In this document: positions 44,168-53,722 of the stretch, one piece after another | How the letters are laid out: each line of letters begins with the position of its first letter | Numbering within the stretch: position 1 is the stretch's first letter | Assembly: GCA_042564205.1 (NCBI GenBank) | Contig: JBHPLN010000001.1 | Span: 13,626 to 77,625, forward strand | Length of the DNA stretch: 64,000 nt | Source: Fidelibacterota bacterium | GTDB lineage: Bacteria > Fidelibacterota > Marinisomatia > Marinisomatales > JAHJCW01 | Direction of reading: 5' to 3' | Position numbers and translations under genes: made by a program | Notes under the pieces: generated by a model | The model's input: only the letters and a program-made list of their open reading frames with translations | Database searches by the model: none | What the model was told of the DNA's origin: nothing

Positions 44168-44899
44168 ATGAATAGTGAAATCCTATTCGTATTAAAAAAT
44201 ATATCCGTTCGAAGAAAAGCCCTTTCGATTCTTAAAAACGTTTCATTGACTGTAAACAACCAAGAATTCCTGGCGATCCTTGGACCGTCCGGTGCTGGAA
44301 AATCTACCCTTTTAAGATTGTTGAACGGTCTCGACTCACCTACTTCCGGCTCAGTTACTTACGCCGCACAACCTTTTCAGAATCACAATATTGTGAAATT
44401 ACGTGAGGAGATTGGAATTGTGTTTCAAAATCCAGTTATGGTTTTTGGGTCAGTACGTGAAAATCTGAAATTATCTGAGCGTTGGAAGAAACATACTGAA
44501 CCAATCCACGATGATAAGCTCGTTGAAGCATTGCAATCTGTTGATCTTTCTCCCAATCTCCTTGACAAGGATGCGCGATCATTGTCAGGCGGAGAAAAAC
44601 AACGTATCGCCCTAGCTCGTGTTTTACTCAATGAACCGCGCGTGCTCCTTTTAGATGAGCTTACTGCTAATCTTGATCCAAATTTGGCGCGCTATATCAT
44701 GCAAACGATTTATCACCTATACGAAAAATTAAACCTGACAATTATTATTGTGTCGCATGATCATAAACTGGTGCAACAATTCATTAGTCGTGTGGCATTC
44801 TTAATAGAGGGTAAACTGGTTGAAGAAGGCTCACCAGAATTACTGATCAAATCAAACACACCCCAGGTACAGAATTTTCTAACAGGAACACCAAAATGA
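44168..44899 (+). CDS. ABC transporter ATP-binding protein (FetA/YbbL-like)
   Basis: Walker A GPSGAGKST, signature LSGGEKQR, Walker B LLLDE. Start set to ATG 44168 to avoid overlap with lgt. The track start is 44111. Confidence 0.8.
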   Translation: MNSEILFVLKNISVRRKALSILKNVSLTVNNQEFLAILGPSGAGKSTLLRLLNGLDSPTSGSVTYAAQPFQNHNIVKLREEIGIVFQNPVMVFGSVRENLKLSERWKKHTEPIHDDKLVEALQSVDLSPNLLDKDARSLSGGEKQRIALARVLLNEPRVLLLDELTANLDPNLARYIMQTIYHLYEKLNLTIIIVSHDHKLVQQFISRVAFLIEGKLVEEGSPELLIKSNTPQVQNFLTGTPK

Positions 44900-45696
44900 C
44901 ACAGACCTTTTACGCCATCACTTGGACTGATGTCCTAGTTTCTTTAATTCTTGTGGCATTCTGTATTGTTCTAATTCGCTGGTGGAAAATCGGTCTTGAA
45001 AAAACACTAATAATTGGTACACTCCGAACATTTATACAGCTTTCAATGATGGGCTATGTTCTAACCTTTTTCTTTACACAGCAACACTGGTTATTTATGA
45101 CTGGACTGGTAACCTTGATGATCTTAATTGCTGGTTTTGAAGGTTATCGCCGTTTACGCGATTTTAAAATTCCAAATATATTTCTAATTCTCACTGGTGC
45201 TTTATTCATCGCTGTTATTTTAGTACTGGGTATAATTCTTAATGTTATCTTGACGGTAGAGCCCTGGTATTATCCGTATGCTATGATACCAATTGCCGGA
45301 ATGATTATCGGAAATGCACTGAATACAACAACGCTCACAGTAAATCGCTTTGTCGGAGAATTAGAGCATCGCGAACAAGAAATCGAGACCCTGCTTTCAC
45401 TCGGCTCGCCGGCACGGATTGCTGTACAGCCCTGCATTCGTGAATCAATCAAAGCGGCCTTACTACCAATTGTAAACTCGATGATGATGGTGGGATTGGT
45501 ACAGCTCCCGGGAGTAATGACGGGTCAGATTCTTGCTGGGATTGACCCAATGATCGCAGTGCGCTATCAAATAATGATTATGTATATGTGGGTCACTTCC
45601 GCAACCTTAACCAACATCATAGTGATCGCCATCGTGGCACGACAATATTTTACACCATTACACCAACTGAAAAGAACGCTGCTTCGTACAGATTAG
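44896..45696 (+). CDS. ABC transporter permease, UPF0014 (FetB/YbbM-like)
   Basis: 266-aa polytopic protein translationally coupled (ATGA) to the ATPase. Size and pairing are typical of FetAB/YbbLM. Confidence 0.7.
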   Translation: MTQTFYAITWTDVLVSLILVAFCIVLIRWWKIGLEKTLIIGTLRTFIQLSMMGYVLTFFFTQQHWLFMTGLVTLMILIAGFEGYRRLRDFKIPNIFLILTGALFIAVILVLGIILNVILTVEPWYYPYAMIPIAGMIIGNALNTTTLTVNRFVGELEHREQEIETLLSLGSPARIAVQPCIRESIKAALLPIVNSMMMVGLVQLPGVMTGQILAGIDPMIAVRYQIMIMYMWVTSATLTNIIVIAIVARQYFTPLHQLKRTLLRTD

Positions 45697-46154
45697 TTAA
45701 TCTTAAAATCTCTAAAACCCAGTTGTCGCCATGCTTCATAAGCTACAACTGATACTGCGTTGGCTAAATTCAAACTCCTTTCAGTGGTCAACATTGGGAT
45801 TGTTACCATCGGAAATTGCTCTAAAATATTATCCGGTAACCCTCTTGTTTCAGGACCGAATAACAACACATCATTTAGTCGGTAGGATACATCCGTATAT
45901 AACGTGCTGCCTTTGGTAGTAATTGCATATACAGATTGATGGATCGTCGTAACTAAAAAATCTTCCAATGATGCATGAACTTTAAGTTGGACTTGATTAT
46001 GATAGTCCAAGCCCGCCCGTTTCAATTGACGATCATCAATGGAAAATCCTAATGGTTCAATCAGATGTAGTTCGCAGCCGGTATTAACCGCTAACCGAAT
46101 TATGTTACCAGTATTTGGCGGTATCTCCGGTTCATAAAGCGCAATCTTTATCAT
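45693..46154 (-). CDS. trmL: tRNA (cytidine/uridine-2'-O-)-methyltransferase, SpoU/TrmH family
   Basis: 153 aa with YEP.IP.NTGNI.R and LLFG.E..GLP motifs of TrmL/YibK. Confidence 0.8.
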   Translation of the reverse strand: MIKIALYEPEIPPNTGNIIRLAVNTGCELHLIEPLGFSIDDRQLKRAGLDYHNQVQLKVHASLEDFLVTTIHQSVYAITTKGSTLYTDVSYRLNDVLLFGPETRGLPDNILEQFPMVTIPMLTTERSLNLANAVSVVAYEAWRQLGFRDFKIN

Positions 46155-46177
46155 CTATAGCGTGGTGCGATTGCTTA

Positions 46178-46930
46178 TTACTGGGGCTTGACCTTTGCCT
46201 GATCGGCTACGGCCTGCATCGCTGCTTTAACTTTTTCCTGGTCCCCCAGATAGTAGTGCTTTAACGGCTTCAACTCATTATCCAGTTCGTAAACCAATGG
46301 AATTCCCGTTGGAATATTGAGCCTTACTATATCATCGTCTGAAACATCATCAAGATACTTAACTAATGCTCGCAATGAATTTCCGTGGGCGCAGATCAAG
46401 ACTTTTTTACCAGACTTAATAACTGGTGCAATTGTTTCAAGCCAGTAGGGCAAAAAGCGATTGACTGTGTCTTTCAAGCATTCGGCCAATGGAATGTCCT
46501 TCGGATCTAAATTCTTATATCTAGGATCGTGGCCTGGATAACGTTTATCATCTCTGGTCAGTGCTGGTGGTGGTGTATCGTAACTGCGACGCCAGATCAA
46601 TACCTGTTCATCCCCGTATTTTTCAGCTGTTTCAGCTTTATTCAAACCCTGCAAGGCTCCATAATGCCGTTCGTTCAAACGCCAATGGCGATGCACGGGT
46701 ATCCACTGTAGATCCATCTCGTCCATGACTAACCATAAGGTGCGAATAGCACGAATCTGAACTGAGGTATAAGCAACATCAAATGTATATTTGTCTTCCT
46801 TCAGTAACTGACCGGACTGGATCCCTTCTCGAATACCTTTATCACTAAGATCTACTTCGGTCCAGCCGGTAAATCGATTTGCCAGGTTCCAGTGACTTTC
46901 ACCGTGGCGTAATAAAACTAGTTTAGTCAT
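46178..46930 (-). CDS. gpmA: 2,3-bisphosphoglycerate-dependent phosphoglycerate mutase
   Basis: [20 protein letters not shown] catalytic His motif, ERHYG and AHGNSLRAL. Confidence 0.9.
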   Translation of the reverse strand: MTKLVLLRHGESHWNLANRFTGWTEVDLSDKGIREGIQSGQLLKEDKYTFDVAYTSVQIRAIRTLWLVMDEMDLQWIPVHRHWRLNERHYGALQGLNKAETAEKYGDEQVLIWRRSYDTPPPALTRDDKRYPGHDPRYKNLDPKDIPLAECLKDTVNRFLPYWLETIAPVIKSGKKVLICAHGNSLRALVKYLDDVSDDDIVRLNIPTGIPLVYELDNELKPLKHYYLGDQEKVKAAMQAVADQAKVKPQ

Positions 46931-47133
46931 TTATTATGTCCTGTTTCATACAGATAATTACACCGAAATTTTATTCATAAGAGATTTTGATTGCAACAGG
47001 CACATTCAAATAGTTTTAGCGGTGGATTAGTTGACATCTTTCATAATTAAATTTGGGTCATAATATTAAGTCTTTAATAAATATTTTAATCTAGAAGTAT
47101 CATTTTAAGATCAAACCAATATTGAGGATAATA

Positions 47134-48657
47134 ATGCCGAGATTTAAACAATTGAATGTTTACCGTCTAGTACTAGTTATTTTTTCTATCGCTACAGTAG
47201 CCGCTTGCAGTACCGGTGTAAATGAACTGGTTGAGTTTTTGGATAGGAAAGAAATCATTTATGAAGATATTAGTATTCAAATGGGTACTGCTTATTGGAA
47301 CCTATACTCCGATGAAGCAAGTGCTGAACTTGATGCACCCAAACAACGCTATGTTGATTTATTCACCAATGATACGCTTAACGACCTGGTTGATGAATGG
47401 TATAAAAAACGGTATACGATTAAAGATCCAGTTACTAAACGGCGAGTGGAACTCTGGCATAATATTCTGACTGCGGCTAAGGTAAACTATGCAGAAGAAA
47501 ATCTAAAACTCCAGAGTGAACTGGAATTCTGGCTGGCTGAAGATGACAGTGTCGAAGGGATGCCTTCACCAGATGAAATGAAAGCTATGGTTATCAAACT
47601 GATGCGCTTGCGGAATGAAAAAGCACGCACATTGGGTTATGATAATTATGGAGAATTAATTCTGGCTGTATCGGAAATTGGATCGGACTGGCTGGAAGAC
47701 TTTACCGAAACAATGGCAAAGCGAACGTTAGAACCCTACAAAAAATTAATTAATGAAATCAAGACTACCGAAAATAAAACTGAGGTTAATTACACCGATG
47801 TCCGTTCACTGTTGATAAAATACTATACCAATCAAATTACACCTGATGCAACTGGCGATTCCCTTATAACAGTTATGAAAATGATAACAGGCAATATTGG
47901 TATTAATTACGATGACTTACCGGTTCGATTTGTTGAAAATGAAATGCCGCCTGGAGTTGGTGGGCAGGGAATAGCCGTTCAGATCCCAAATGACTTTCGG
48001 ATTGCACTGCTCCCCAATTTGGGACTTGATACCTGGATGCATGAATTGGGGCATGGTTTGCAGGCTATGCATACCACTATTGAATCTCCCATTCTAAAAG
48101 AATATGAATGGAGTTTGGGCAGTGGCTGCGGAGGGTATGCCGAGGGAATGGCTGAAGTGTCGGCCCGATTTGCAAGAAATCCGGAATGGGTAAAACGCCT
48201 AACCACAATGTCGGAAGTTGAAATACAGGAAAAAATTGACAATGCTAATTTATATCTTACAGCCTATTTTAGAATCTTACTGCCTACAATAATTTTTGAG
48301 GTTGAATTTTATAAGAATCTTGATCAAGACCCGGATGATCTGCGGCGTCAATTAACCCAGCAATACCTATTACTGGATAGCCCCCCCGAGCGGGTCAGAT
48401 CAATTGTCGACATGATCTATGTTTCTTATCCCCTCTATATTCAGAACTACATGATCGCGGAAATTGTGTCTTGGCAAGTTCATACAGTGCTGGAAGAAAA
48501 ATTCGGAAAAGAATATGTATTCAATCCTGAAGTCGGTGATTTTCTCAAAGAATATTTTTACAAAGATGGCGAATTATACCCCTGGCAGACACGCCTAAAA
48601 AAGGCCACTGGAAAAGAACTTGACTTGGATAGTTATCTGACCAATCTTGGAATATAA
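47134..48657 (+). CDS. HEXXH zinc metallopeptidase (gluzincin, M3/M2-like), lipoprotein
   Basis: Lipobox VAACS. WMHELGHGLQ (HEXXH) with a downstream Glu-containing segment (GGYAEGMAE). ATG 47134 preferred over TTG 47122. Family assignment is tentative. Confidence 0.6.
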   Translation: MPRFKQLNVYRLVLVIFSIATVAACSTGVNELVEFLDRKEIIYEDISIQMGTAYWNLYSDEASAELDAPKQRYVDLFTNDTLNDLVDEWYKKRYTIKDPVTKRRVELWHNILTAAKVNYAEENLKLQSELEFWLAEDDSVEGMPSPDEMKAMVIKLMRLRNEKARTLGYDNYGELILAVSEIGSDWLEDFTETMAKRTLEPYKKLINEIKTTENKTEVNYTDVRSLLIKYYTNQITPDATGDSLITVMKMITGNIGINYDDLPVRFVENEMPPGVGGQGIAVQIPNDFRIALLPNLGLDTWMHELGHGLQAMHTTIESPILKEYEWSLGSGCGGYAEGMAEVSARFARNPEWVKRLTTMSEVEIQEKIDNANLYLTAYFRILLPTIIFEVEFYKNLDQDPDDLRRQLTQQYLLLDSPPERVRSIVDMIYVSYPLYIQNYMIAEIVSWQVHTVLEEKFGKEYVFNPEVGDFLKEYFYKDGELYPWQTRLKKATGKELDLDSYLTNLGI

Positions 48658-48693
48658 TTTTAATACTGTTTAATAATTAATCATATTAACAAA

Positions 48694-48724
48694 AGACGGG
48701 CGCAGGTTGAGCCCGTCTTTGTTT
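48694..48724 (+). terminator. Rho-independent terminator
   Basis: AGACGGGC-gcaggttga-GCCCGTCT followed by TTTGTTT. Confidence 0.75.
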
Positions 48725-48765
48725 AATCAAAAATGCTTGCCTTCAATAAGAATATACCGTAATAT

Positions 48766-48786
48766 ACTTACGAGTAACTTACGAGT
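48766..48786 (+). promoter_or_regulatory. Tandem direct repeat ACTTACGAGT x2 (11-bp period) directly upstream of lexA; candidate LexA operator
   Basis: ACTTACGAGTA-ACTTACGAGT ends 5 nt before the lexA ATG. This gives TTAC-N7-TTAC, the same geometry as the GTTC-N7-GTTC direct-repeat LexA boxes of some phyla. Confidence 0.35.
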
Positions 48787-48791
48787 TTCGT

Positions 48792-49397
48792 ATGCAAATG
48801 TTATTATCTCTCAAACAGCAGCAATTTTTGGATTTCATTCAAAATTTCACCCTTGGAAATGGGCAGGCGCCCTCATATCAAGAAATTATGATGGGCCTCG
48901 GGTTTTCTTCCCTGGGGACAGTCAACTGGTACGTCAAGACCCTCTCTGCCGGCGGACATCTTAACCGCGCTAAGGGACCCAATGGTAAACGGGCACTAGC
49001 TTTACCTGAAGAGCACGCCACGCTTGCCCAACTACCATTACTTGGTCTAATTGCTGCCGGGATGCCGATTGAAGCTCTGGAAAACGCTGAAAAGATAAGC
49101 GTTCCAGCGCCTTTTGTGCATCCTGATAATTTTGTCTTGAAAGTCAAAGGGGATTCAATGACCGGCGATCATATTGAAGATGGGGACTATATTATTGTTC
49201 GCAAGACGCATCAGGCCCAACCCGGTCAGCCGGTAGTAGCAATCATAAATGGCGAAGCCACGCTTAAGCGCTACTATCCTAAAACCAATCGGGTAGAACT
49301 GCATCCCCGCAACCCGGACTATCAGGTTATAACTGTAACTGAAGCAGATAATTTTCAAATCAATGGTGTCGTGCTCTATTCCTTCCGGGAATATTGA
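48792..49397 (+). CDS. lexA: LexA repressor (S24 peptidase)
   Basis: N-terminal wHTH, Ala-Gly cleavage site (LIAAGMPIEA), catalytic Ser (GDSM) and Lys (VRK.). Confidence 0.9.
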   Translation: MQMLLSLKQQQFLDFIQNFTLGNGQAPSYQEIMMGLGFSSLGTVNWYVKTLSAGGHLNRAKGPNGKRALALPEEHATLAQLPLLGLIAAGMPIEALENAEKISVPAPFVHPDNFVLKVKGDSMTGDHIEDGDYIIVRKTHQAQPGQPVVAIINGEATLKRYYPKTNRVELHPRNPDYQVITVTEADNFQINGVVLYSFREY

Positions 49398-49400
49398 GTT

Positions 49401-50570
49401 GTGCGCCGCTCCGTCTTCCACGTTCGTTTAAAAGATTTCGAGCTGCAGGCTGAGCGCATCATGGATGCTGCCCTGCGTACCCGTCCGGTGGCAATTCTTT
49501 CTTCACAACAACAAGATGGCTCCATTGTCGCTTTATCTGAGGAGGCCCGCGCAGAAGGCTTATTCCGCGGGATGAAGCTCTCGCTGGCGCGTAAAATGAG
49601 CCACAGCGCCCTACTCTTGCCTTACAACCAATCCCTCTATAATCGACTTAACCGTTATATCTATTCTACCGTCACTGGATTCACGCCGGTTGTTGAGCCG
49701 GCTGGGTTCGGTCAGTTTTACCTGGATATGAGTGGTATGCAACCGGTTTATCCTGATCTCAAACAGGCGGGTTCAACGTTATCTCAAACCATTAGTGCGC
49801 GAACCAGCCTCGCGGGTCTAATCGGCATCAGCACCAACAAGCTGATCAGCCGTATCTCCACCGCTGTGGTTCCTGAAAGAATCAACGAAATTATTGCTGG
49901 CGAAGAGCCCCGTTTTCTATCTCCATTACGTTCTACTATTCTGCCTTCCGCACAATTGCCGCCGGTCAAAAAACTTATTCACTTTCTATTTCTGGATCAT
50001 GTTCACAATATTCAAAAAATCGTCGAACATCCGATAGAGGTTAAGACCATCTTCGGCGATCATCACCGCCGCGTGGCACACGAAGCCCAAGGCCAAGATA
50101 CTGCCGTTGTACGTCCACCAGGACTTAAAGAACATTTGATGGAACAAATTATTTTACCACAGGATACTAACGATGAAGATATCCTGCGGGGCGTTGTAAA
50201 GACTTTGGCCGAGCAGATTGCTTTTCAATTGCGTAAGCGTCGCCAGGTCGCCCGACGGATAAAACTGGAAATTCATTACACCGATGGTTTGAAGATGGAT
50301 CGGATCGGTACGATCACAGCGAATACGGATACTGCCGTAAACCAGGTGTGCCAGCACTTATTTGAGCATGCCCATTATCGCCGCAATCGAATTCGCGCCG
50401 TGCTTCTGGACGTTACACAATTTGTGTCCTGGGCGCCGCAAACCAATTTGTTTCAGACTACTGATAAAAAGCTGTCAGCTTTGTCACAGGCCCTAGATCA
50501 GATTCGTAAAAAACATGGCTTTCACAGTATTCATGCAGCTGCAACCCTGGGCATTGCCGGTTCGGCATAA
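49401..50570 (+). CDS. imuB: ImuB-like Y-family polymerase homolog (catalytically inactive type)
   Basis: Collinear with the DinB N-terminus, but the catalytic acidic residues are replaced (FHVRLKDFELQ instead of HVDMDCFF). Sits between lexA and dnaE2. GTG start 4 nt after the lexA stop. Confidence 0.75.
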   Translation: MRRSVFHVRLKDFELQAERIMDAALRTRPVAILSSQQQDGSIVALSEEARAEGLFRGMKLSLARKMSHSALLLPYNQSLYNRLNRYIYSTVTGFTPVVEPAGFGQFYLDMSGMQPVYPDLKQAGSTLSQTISARTSLAGLIGISTNKLISRISTAVVPERINEIIAGEEPRFLSPLRSTILPSAQLPPVKKLIHFLFLDHVHNIQKIVEHPIEVKTIFGDHHRRVAHEAQGQDTAVVRPPGLKEHLMEQIILPQDTNDEDILRGVVKTLAEQIAFQLRKRRQVARRIKLEIHYTDGLKMDRIGTITANTDTAVNQVCQHLFEHAHYRRNRIRAVLLDVTQFVSWAPQTNLFQTTDKKLSALSQALDQIRKKHGFHSIHAAATLGIAGSA

Positions 50571-50621
50571 TCAGTTTTAGAACATTTATGTTAAGCATTG
50601 AACTTCAACAACCATATCTAA

Positions 50622-50700
50622 ATCTTCCTCCGGGAGGACCTTTCACCCCCCTGGCTTATCCACGACTTCAATCCTCATTGCCTCCCGGAGCCGGGAAGAT
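50622..50700 (+). other. Interrupted long inverted repeat between imuB and dnaE2
   Basis: ATCTTCC-TCCGGGAGG (50622-50637) can pair with CCTCCCGGA-gccgg-GAAGAT (50681-50700), giving 6 + 9 bp around a 43-nt insert. Confidence 0.4.
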
Positions 50701-50724
50701 TTAGGAACATTACATACAACACGA

Positions 50725-53721
50725 ATGTTTGCCCACCTCAACGTTCATTCACACTTTTCGCCCATGCGTGGAACAACTTCTCAGCAGGCTCTTTTGACTC
50801 AGGCACGTAAGCATCGCATGAGTCACCTGGCGCTTACTGAAACCAATGGCCTCTGGGGCTTCATCCGCTTTGTCCAGCACGCGCGCGCTGCTGATATCAA
50901 ACCCATTGCCGGGGCTAATCTTATAACTACTGATCACGAGTTACTCCTCTTGGCTGAAAATCAGGTTGGCTACCAAAACCTCTGCCGGGCTATTTCCCGT
51001 GTTCATGTTGATATTAATTTGACGCCTGACGCAATCCTGCGCGATGGCGCAGCGGGTTTGTTCATCCTTTCGCATCAGGAGCACACCCTGCATGAACTAA
51101 GCAAAACCGTGCCAACTTCACACCTATTTGTTGAAATGCGTCCCGGTGGTATAGAAGCAGAGGCGCAGCGTTTGGCCCGGCGCTACAAACTCGAAATTGT
51201 TGCCACGGGAGACGTCTATTTCTTAAATCCAGAAGAACAGGAAACGCATCGCATCCTGCGCGCTATTGATAACAATGCTACGCTTACTGAACTGGTCGAC
51301 CCCAACATGAAGGACCGCCAACGCTGGTTTCGTTCTGAAAAAGATATGATCAAACTTTTCCCCAACAGTCTGGATGCTATCAATAATAGCCAGTACCTGG
51401 CTGAACGTTGCAAGACCGACTGGAATTTTATTAACACAATCTTTCCTGATTTGTCCTTGAAAGATACCCATCGGGCCAATCATGTACTCCGCGATCTGGT
51501 GTACGCTGGCGCCATAGGACGCTATAGCGGGGAATTGTCTAAAGCCGTTACAGATCGCATTGAATTTGAACTGGCCCTCATCACCGAAAAAGGATTTGCA
51601 CCGTATTTTCTGATCGTCTACAATATTGTAAAGCAGACCAAAGCAACAATCGGACGCGGTTCCGCCGCCGCATCTATTATCAGCTACTGTCTGTTCATCA
51701 CGCAGGTTGATCCCATCAAATACCACCTGCAGTTTGAACGTTTTATTCATCCCGAGCGTGAGGACATGCCAGACATTGACATAGACTTCCCCTGGGACGA
51801 GCGCGATAACATCCTGAATTCGATATTCAAGAAACATGGTTTAAAACGGGCAGCCATGGTTTCTACCCAGGTGTTTTTACGTCCCCGCTCGGCAGTTCGT
51901 GAAGTGGGTAAAGTATATGGCCTGTCAAATGAAGAGATTAAAAGTATTACCAAGCGCATCGGGTACCACCGTTCTCAGACAAATTTACTTAAATGGGTCA
52001 AGACCGATCCGCGCTTTGCTAATGCTAATTTGGACGATACCCTAACCAATGTTCTGATTCAAAGTGAAAAAGTATTGGGTGCTTTTCGCAATCCCTCTGT
52101 GCACCCCGGTGGCGTAATTATTGTTCCGGATGAAATTCGTAAGTACGTGCCAGTCTTAATGGCACCCAAAGGAGTACAGATCGTTGAATGGGAAAAGGAT
52201 CAGGTAGAAGATTCCGGGCTGTTAAAGATCGACATCCTTGGCAATCGCAGTCTAGCGGTAGTGCGGGATACAATCAAACAGGCTAATATTAATTATGGCC
52301 GTCGCGCTACTGCCAGCAGCTATCTGGATTACCATCAAATCCAGCCCATAGGCGATGCCAAAACCCGGGCGCTGATGGAAGCTGGAAAAACAATGGGTGT
52401 CTTTTATATTGAAAGTCCTGCCACCCGACAACTTTTAGCCAAAGCCCGTGTAGCAGATTTTGAACATGTGGTAATATATTCATCCATTATTCGCCCAGCG
52501 GCCAACCGTTTCACCAATATTATGTTGGAGCGAATTCATGGCGCCCCCTGGGAACTGCAGCATCCGGATTTAGATTTTCTAAAAGAAAGCTATGGAATTA
52601 TGGTCTACGAGGAGCAGGTTTCAATGGCAGCGCGCGTGCTGGCTGGGTTTGGCTACGCTGAGGCTGATTCACTGCGGAAGACCATGAGCCGCGATTCGTT
52701 GCAGCAGCTCATACCCGGCTGGAAGAAAAAATTTTACTCGCGTGCCCAGCGCCGTGGCTATTCCGAAGAACTCATTAAAGAGGTGTGGGACATGATCGCA
52801 TCCTTTGTGGGCTATTCCTTCTGTAAACCGCACTCTGCATCTTATGCTATGCTTTCATTTACCTGTGCCTATTTGAAAGCACATTATCCTGCTGAATTTC
52901 TGGCAGCGGTCATTTCTAACCAAGGTGGCTTTTACTCACCTTTGGCCTATCTAAGTGAAGCACGCCGGATTGGAATCAATATTTTACTGCCCGATATAAA
53001 TCGTAGCCAGCAGGAATATCGCGGACAAAAAAAGCGTATTCGCATGGGTTTTATGAGCATCAACCGCCTGCAGAACAAGGCTGTTCAATCAATTTTGGCT
53101 GAGCGTAAAGCAGGTGATTTTAAATCTTTGCAGGATTTTCTAACGCGCGTTGATCTAAACTTTTCGGATGCCATGACGCTGGTCAACGCTGGCAGCTTTG
53201 CTGCGCTGGAACCCCAGCTATCCCACAAAGAAATTGCTTACCAAGTAGCACATTACTGTTTGTCACACGGGGCTGACAAGGCACCGGAAAAGGCACCTGC
53301 CACTTCGCCCCTATCCGAAGAGGAAACCCGTGAATTGGAGGTTGAGACTTTTGGATTTCCAATATCATCACACCCGCTGGCGCCATATCAAAAATTTCTA
53401 AAAAAACGGGTTAAGAAAGCCTGTGATATTCGCCACTATATTAATCAAACCATACACCTGGCTGGTGTATATATTACCCGGAAGGTGACGCAAACTCGTC
53501 AACGCGATCCCATGGAATTTTTAACACTCGAAGATGAAACTGACAGTTATGAATGCGTTCTTTTCCCTAATACATTTCGTGAATATGGAGACCTGCTTCA
53601 TTGGGAAACTTTTTTTATATTACGGGGAAAAGTTGAGGAGTCTTTTGGCGTGTATACTATTACTATTGAAAAACTAGCCAGCCTGCCCGGCCTGGTTAAA
53701 AAATATAACCGGATGCAGTGA
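50725..53721 (+). CDS. dnaE2: Error-prone DNA polymerase III alpha-like subunit
   Basis: N-terminal PHP domain (AHLNVHSHFS), Pol III alpha core motifs (DIDIDF, GRGSAA, KPHSASYA) and a C-terminal OB fold. About 1000 aa and paired with imuB. Confidence 0.85.
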   Translation: MFAHLNVHSHFSPMRGTTSQQALLTQARKHRMSHLALTETNGLWGFIRFVQHARAADIKPIAGANLITTDHELLLLAENQVGYQNLCRAISRVHVDINLTPDAILRDGAAGLFILSHQEHTLHELSKTVPTSHLFVEMRPGGIEAEAQRLARRYKLEIVATGDVYFLNPEEQETHRILRAIDNNATLTELVDPNMKDRQRWFRSEKDMIKLFPNSLDAINNSQYLAERCKTDWNFINTIFPDLSLKDTHRANHVLRDLVYAGAIGRYSGELSKAVTDRIEFELALITEKGFAPYFLIVYNIVKQTKATIGRGSAAASIISYCLFITQVDPIKYHLQFERFIHPEREDMPDIDIDFPWDERDNILNSIFKKHGLKRAAMVSTQVFLRPRSAVREVGKVYGLSNEEIKSITKRIGYHRSQTNLLKWVKTDPRFANANLDDTLTNVLIQSEKVLGAFRNPSVHPGGVIIVPDEIRKYVPVLMAPKGVQIVEWEKDQVEDSGLLKIDILGNRSLAVVRDTIKQANINYGRRATASSYLDYHQIQPIGDAKTRALMEAGKTMGVFYIESPATRQLLAKARVADFEHVVIYSSIIRPAANRFTNIMLERIHGAPWELQHPDLDFLKESYGIMVYEEQVSMAARVLAGFGYAEADSLRKTMSRDSLQQLIPGWKKKFYSRAQRRGYSEELIKEVWDMIASFVGYSFCKPHSASYAMLSFTCAYLKAHYPAEFLAAVISNQGGFYSPLAYLSEARRIGINILLPDINRSQQEYRGQKKRIRMGFMSINRLQNKAVQSILAERKAGDFKSLQDFLTRVDLNFSDAMTLVNAGSFAALEPQLSHKEIAYQVAHYCLSHGADKAPEKAPATSPLSEEETRELEVETFGFPISSHPLAPYQKFLKKRVKKACDIRHYINQTIHLAGVYITRKVTQTRQRDPMEFLTLEDETDSYECVLFPNTFREYGDLLHWETFFILRGKVEESFGVYTITIEKLASLPGLVKKYNRMQ

Positions 53722-53722
53722 G

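Noticed and set aside
48707-48964. 85-aa plus-strand ORF overlapping the lexA start
   Set aside because: It is out of frame with lexA, whose product has all canonical LexA motifs. The alternative frame has no recognisable features.
50578-50594. AGAACATTTATGTTAAG upstream of dnaE2 as a Cheo-type (GAAC-N4-GTTC) LexA box
   Set aside because: The spacer is 6 nt rather than 4 and the right half is GTTA. It was not treated as an SOS box, only mentioned.
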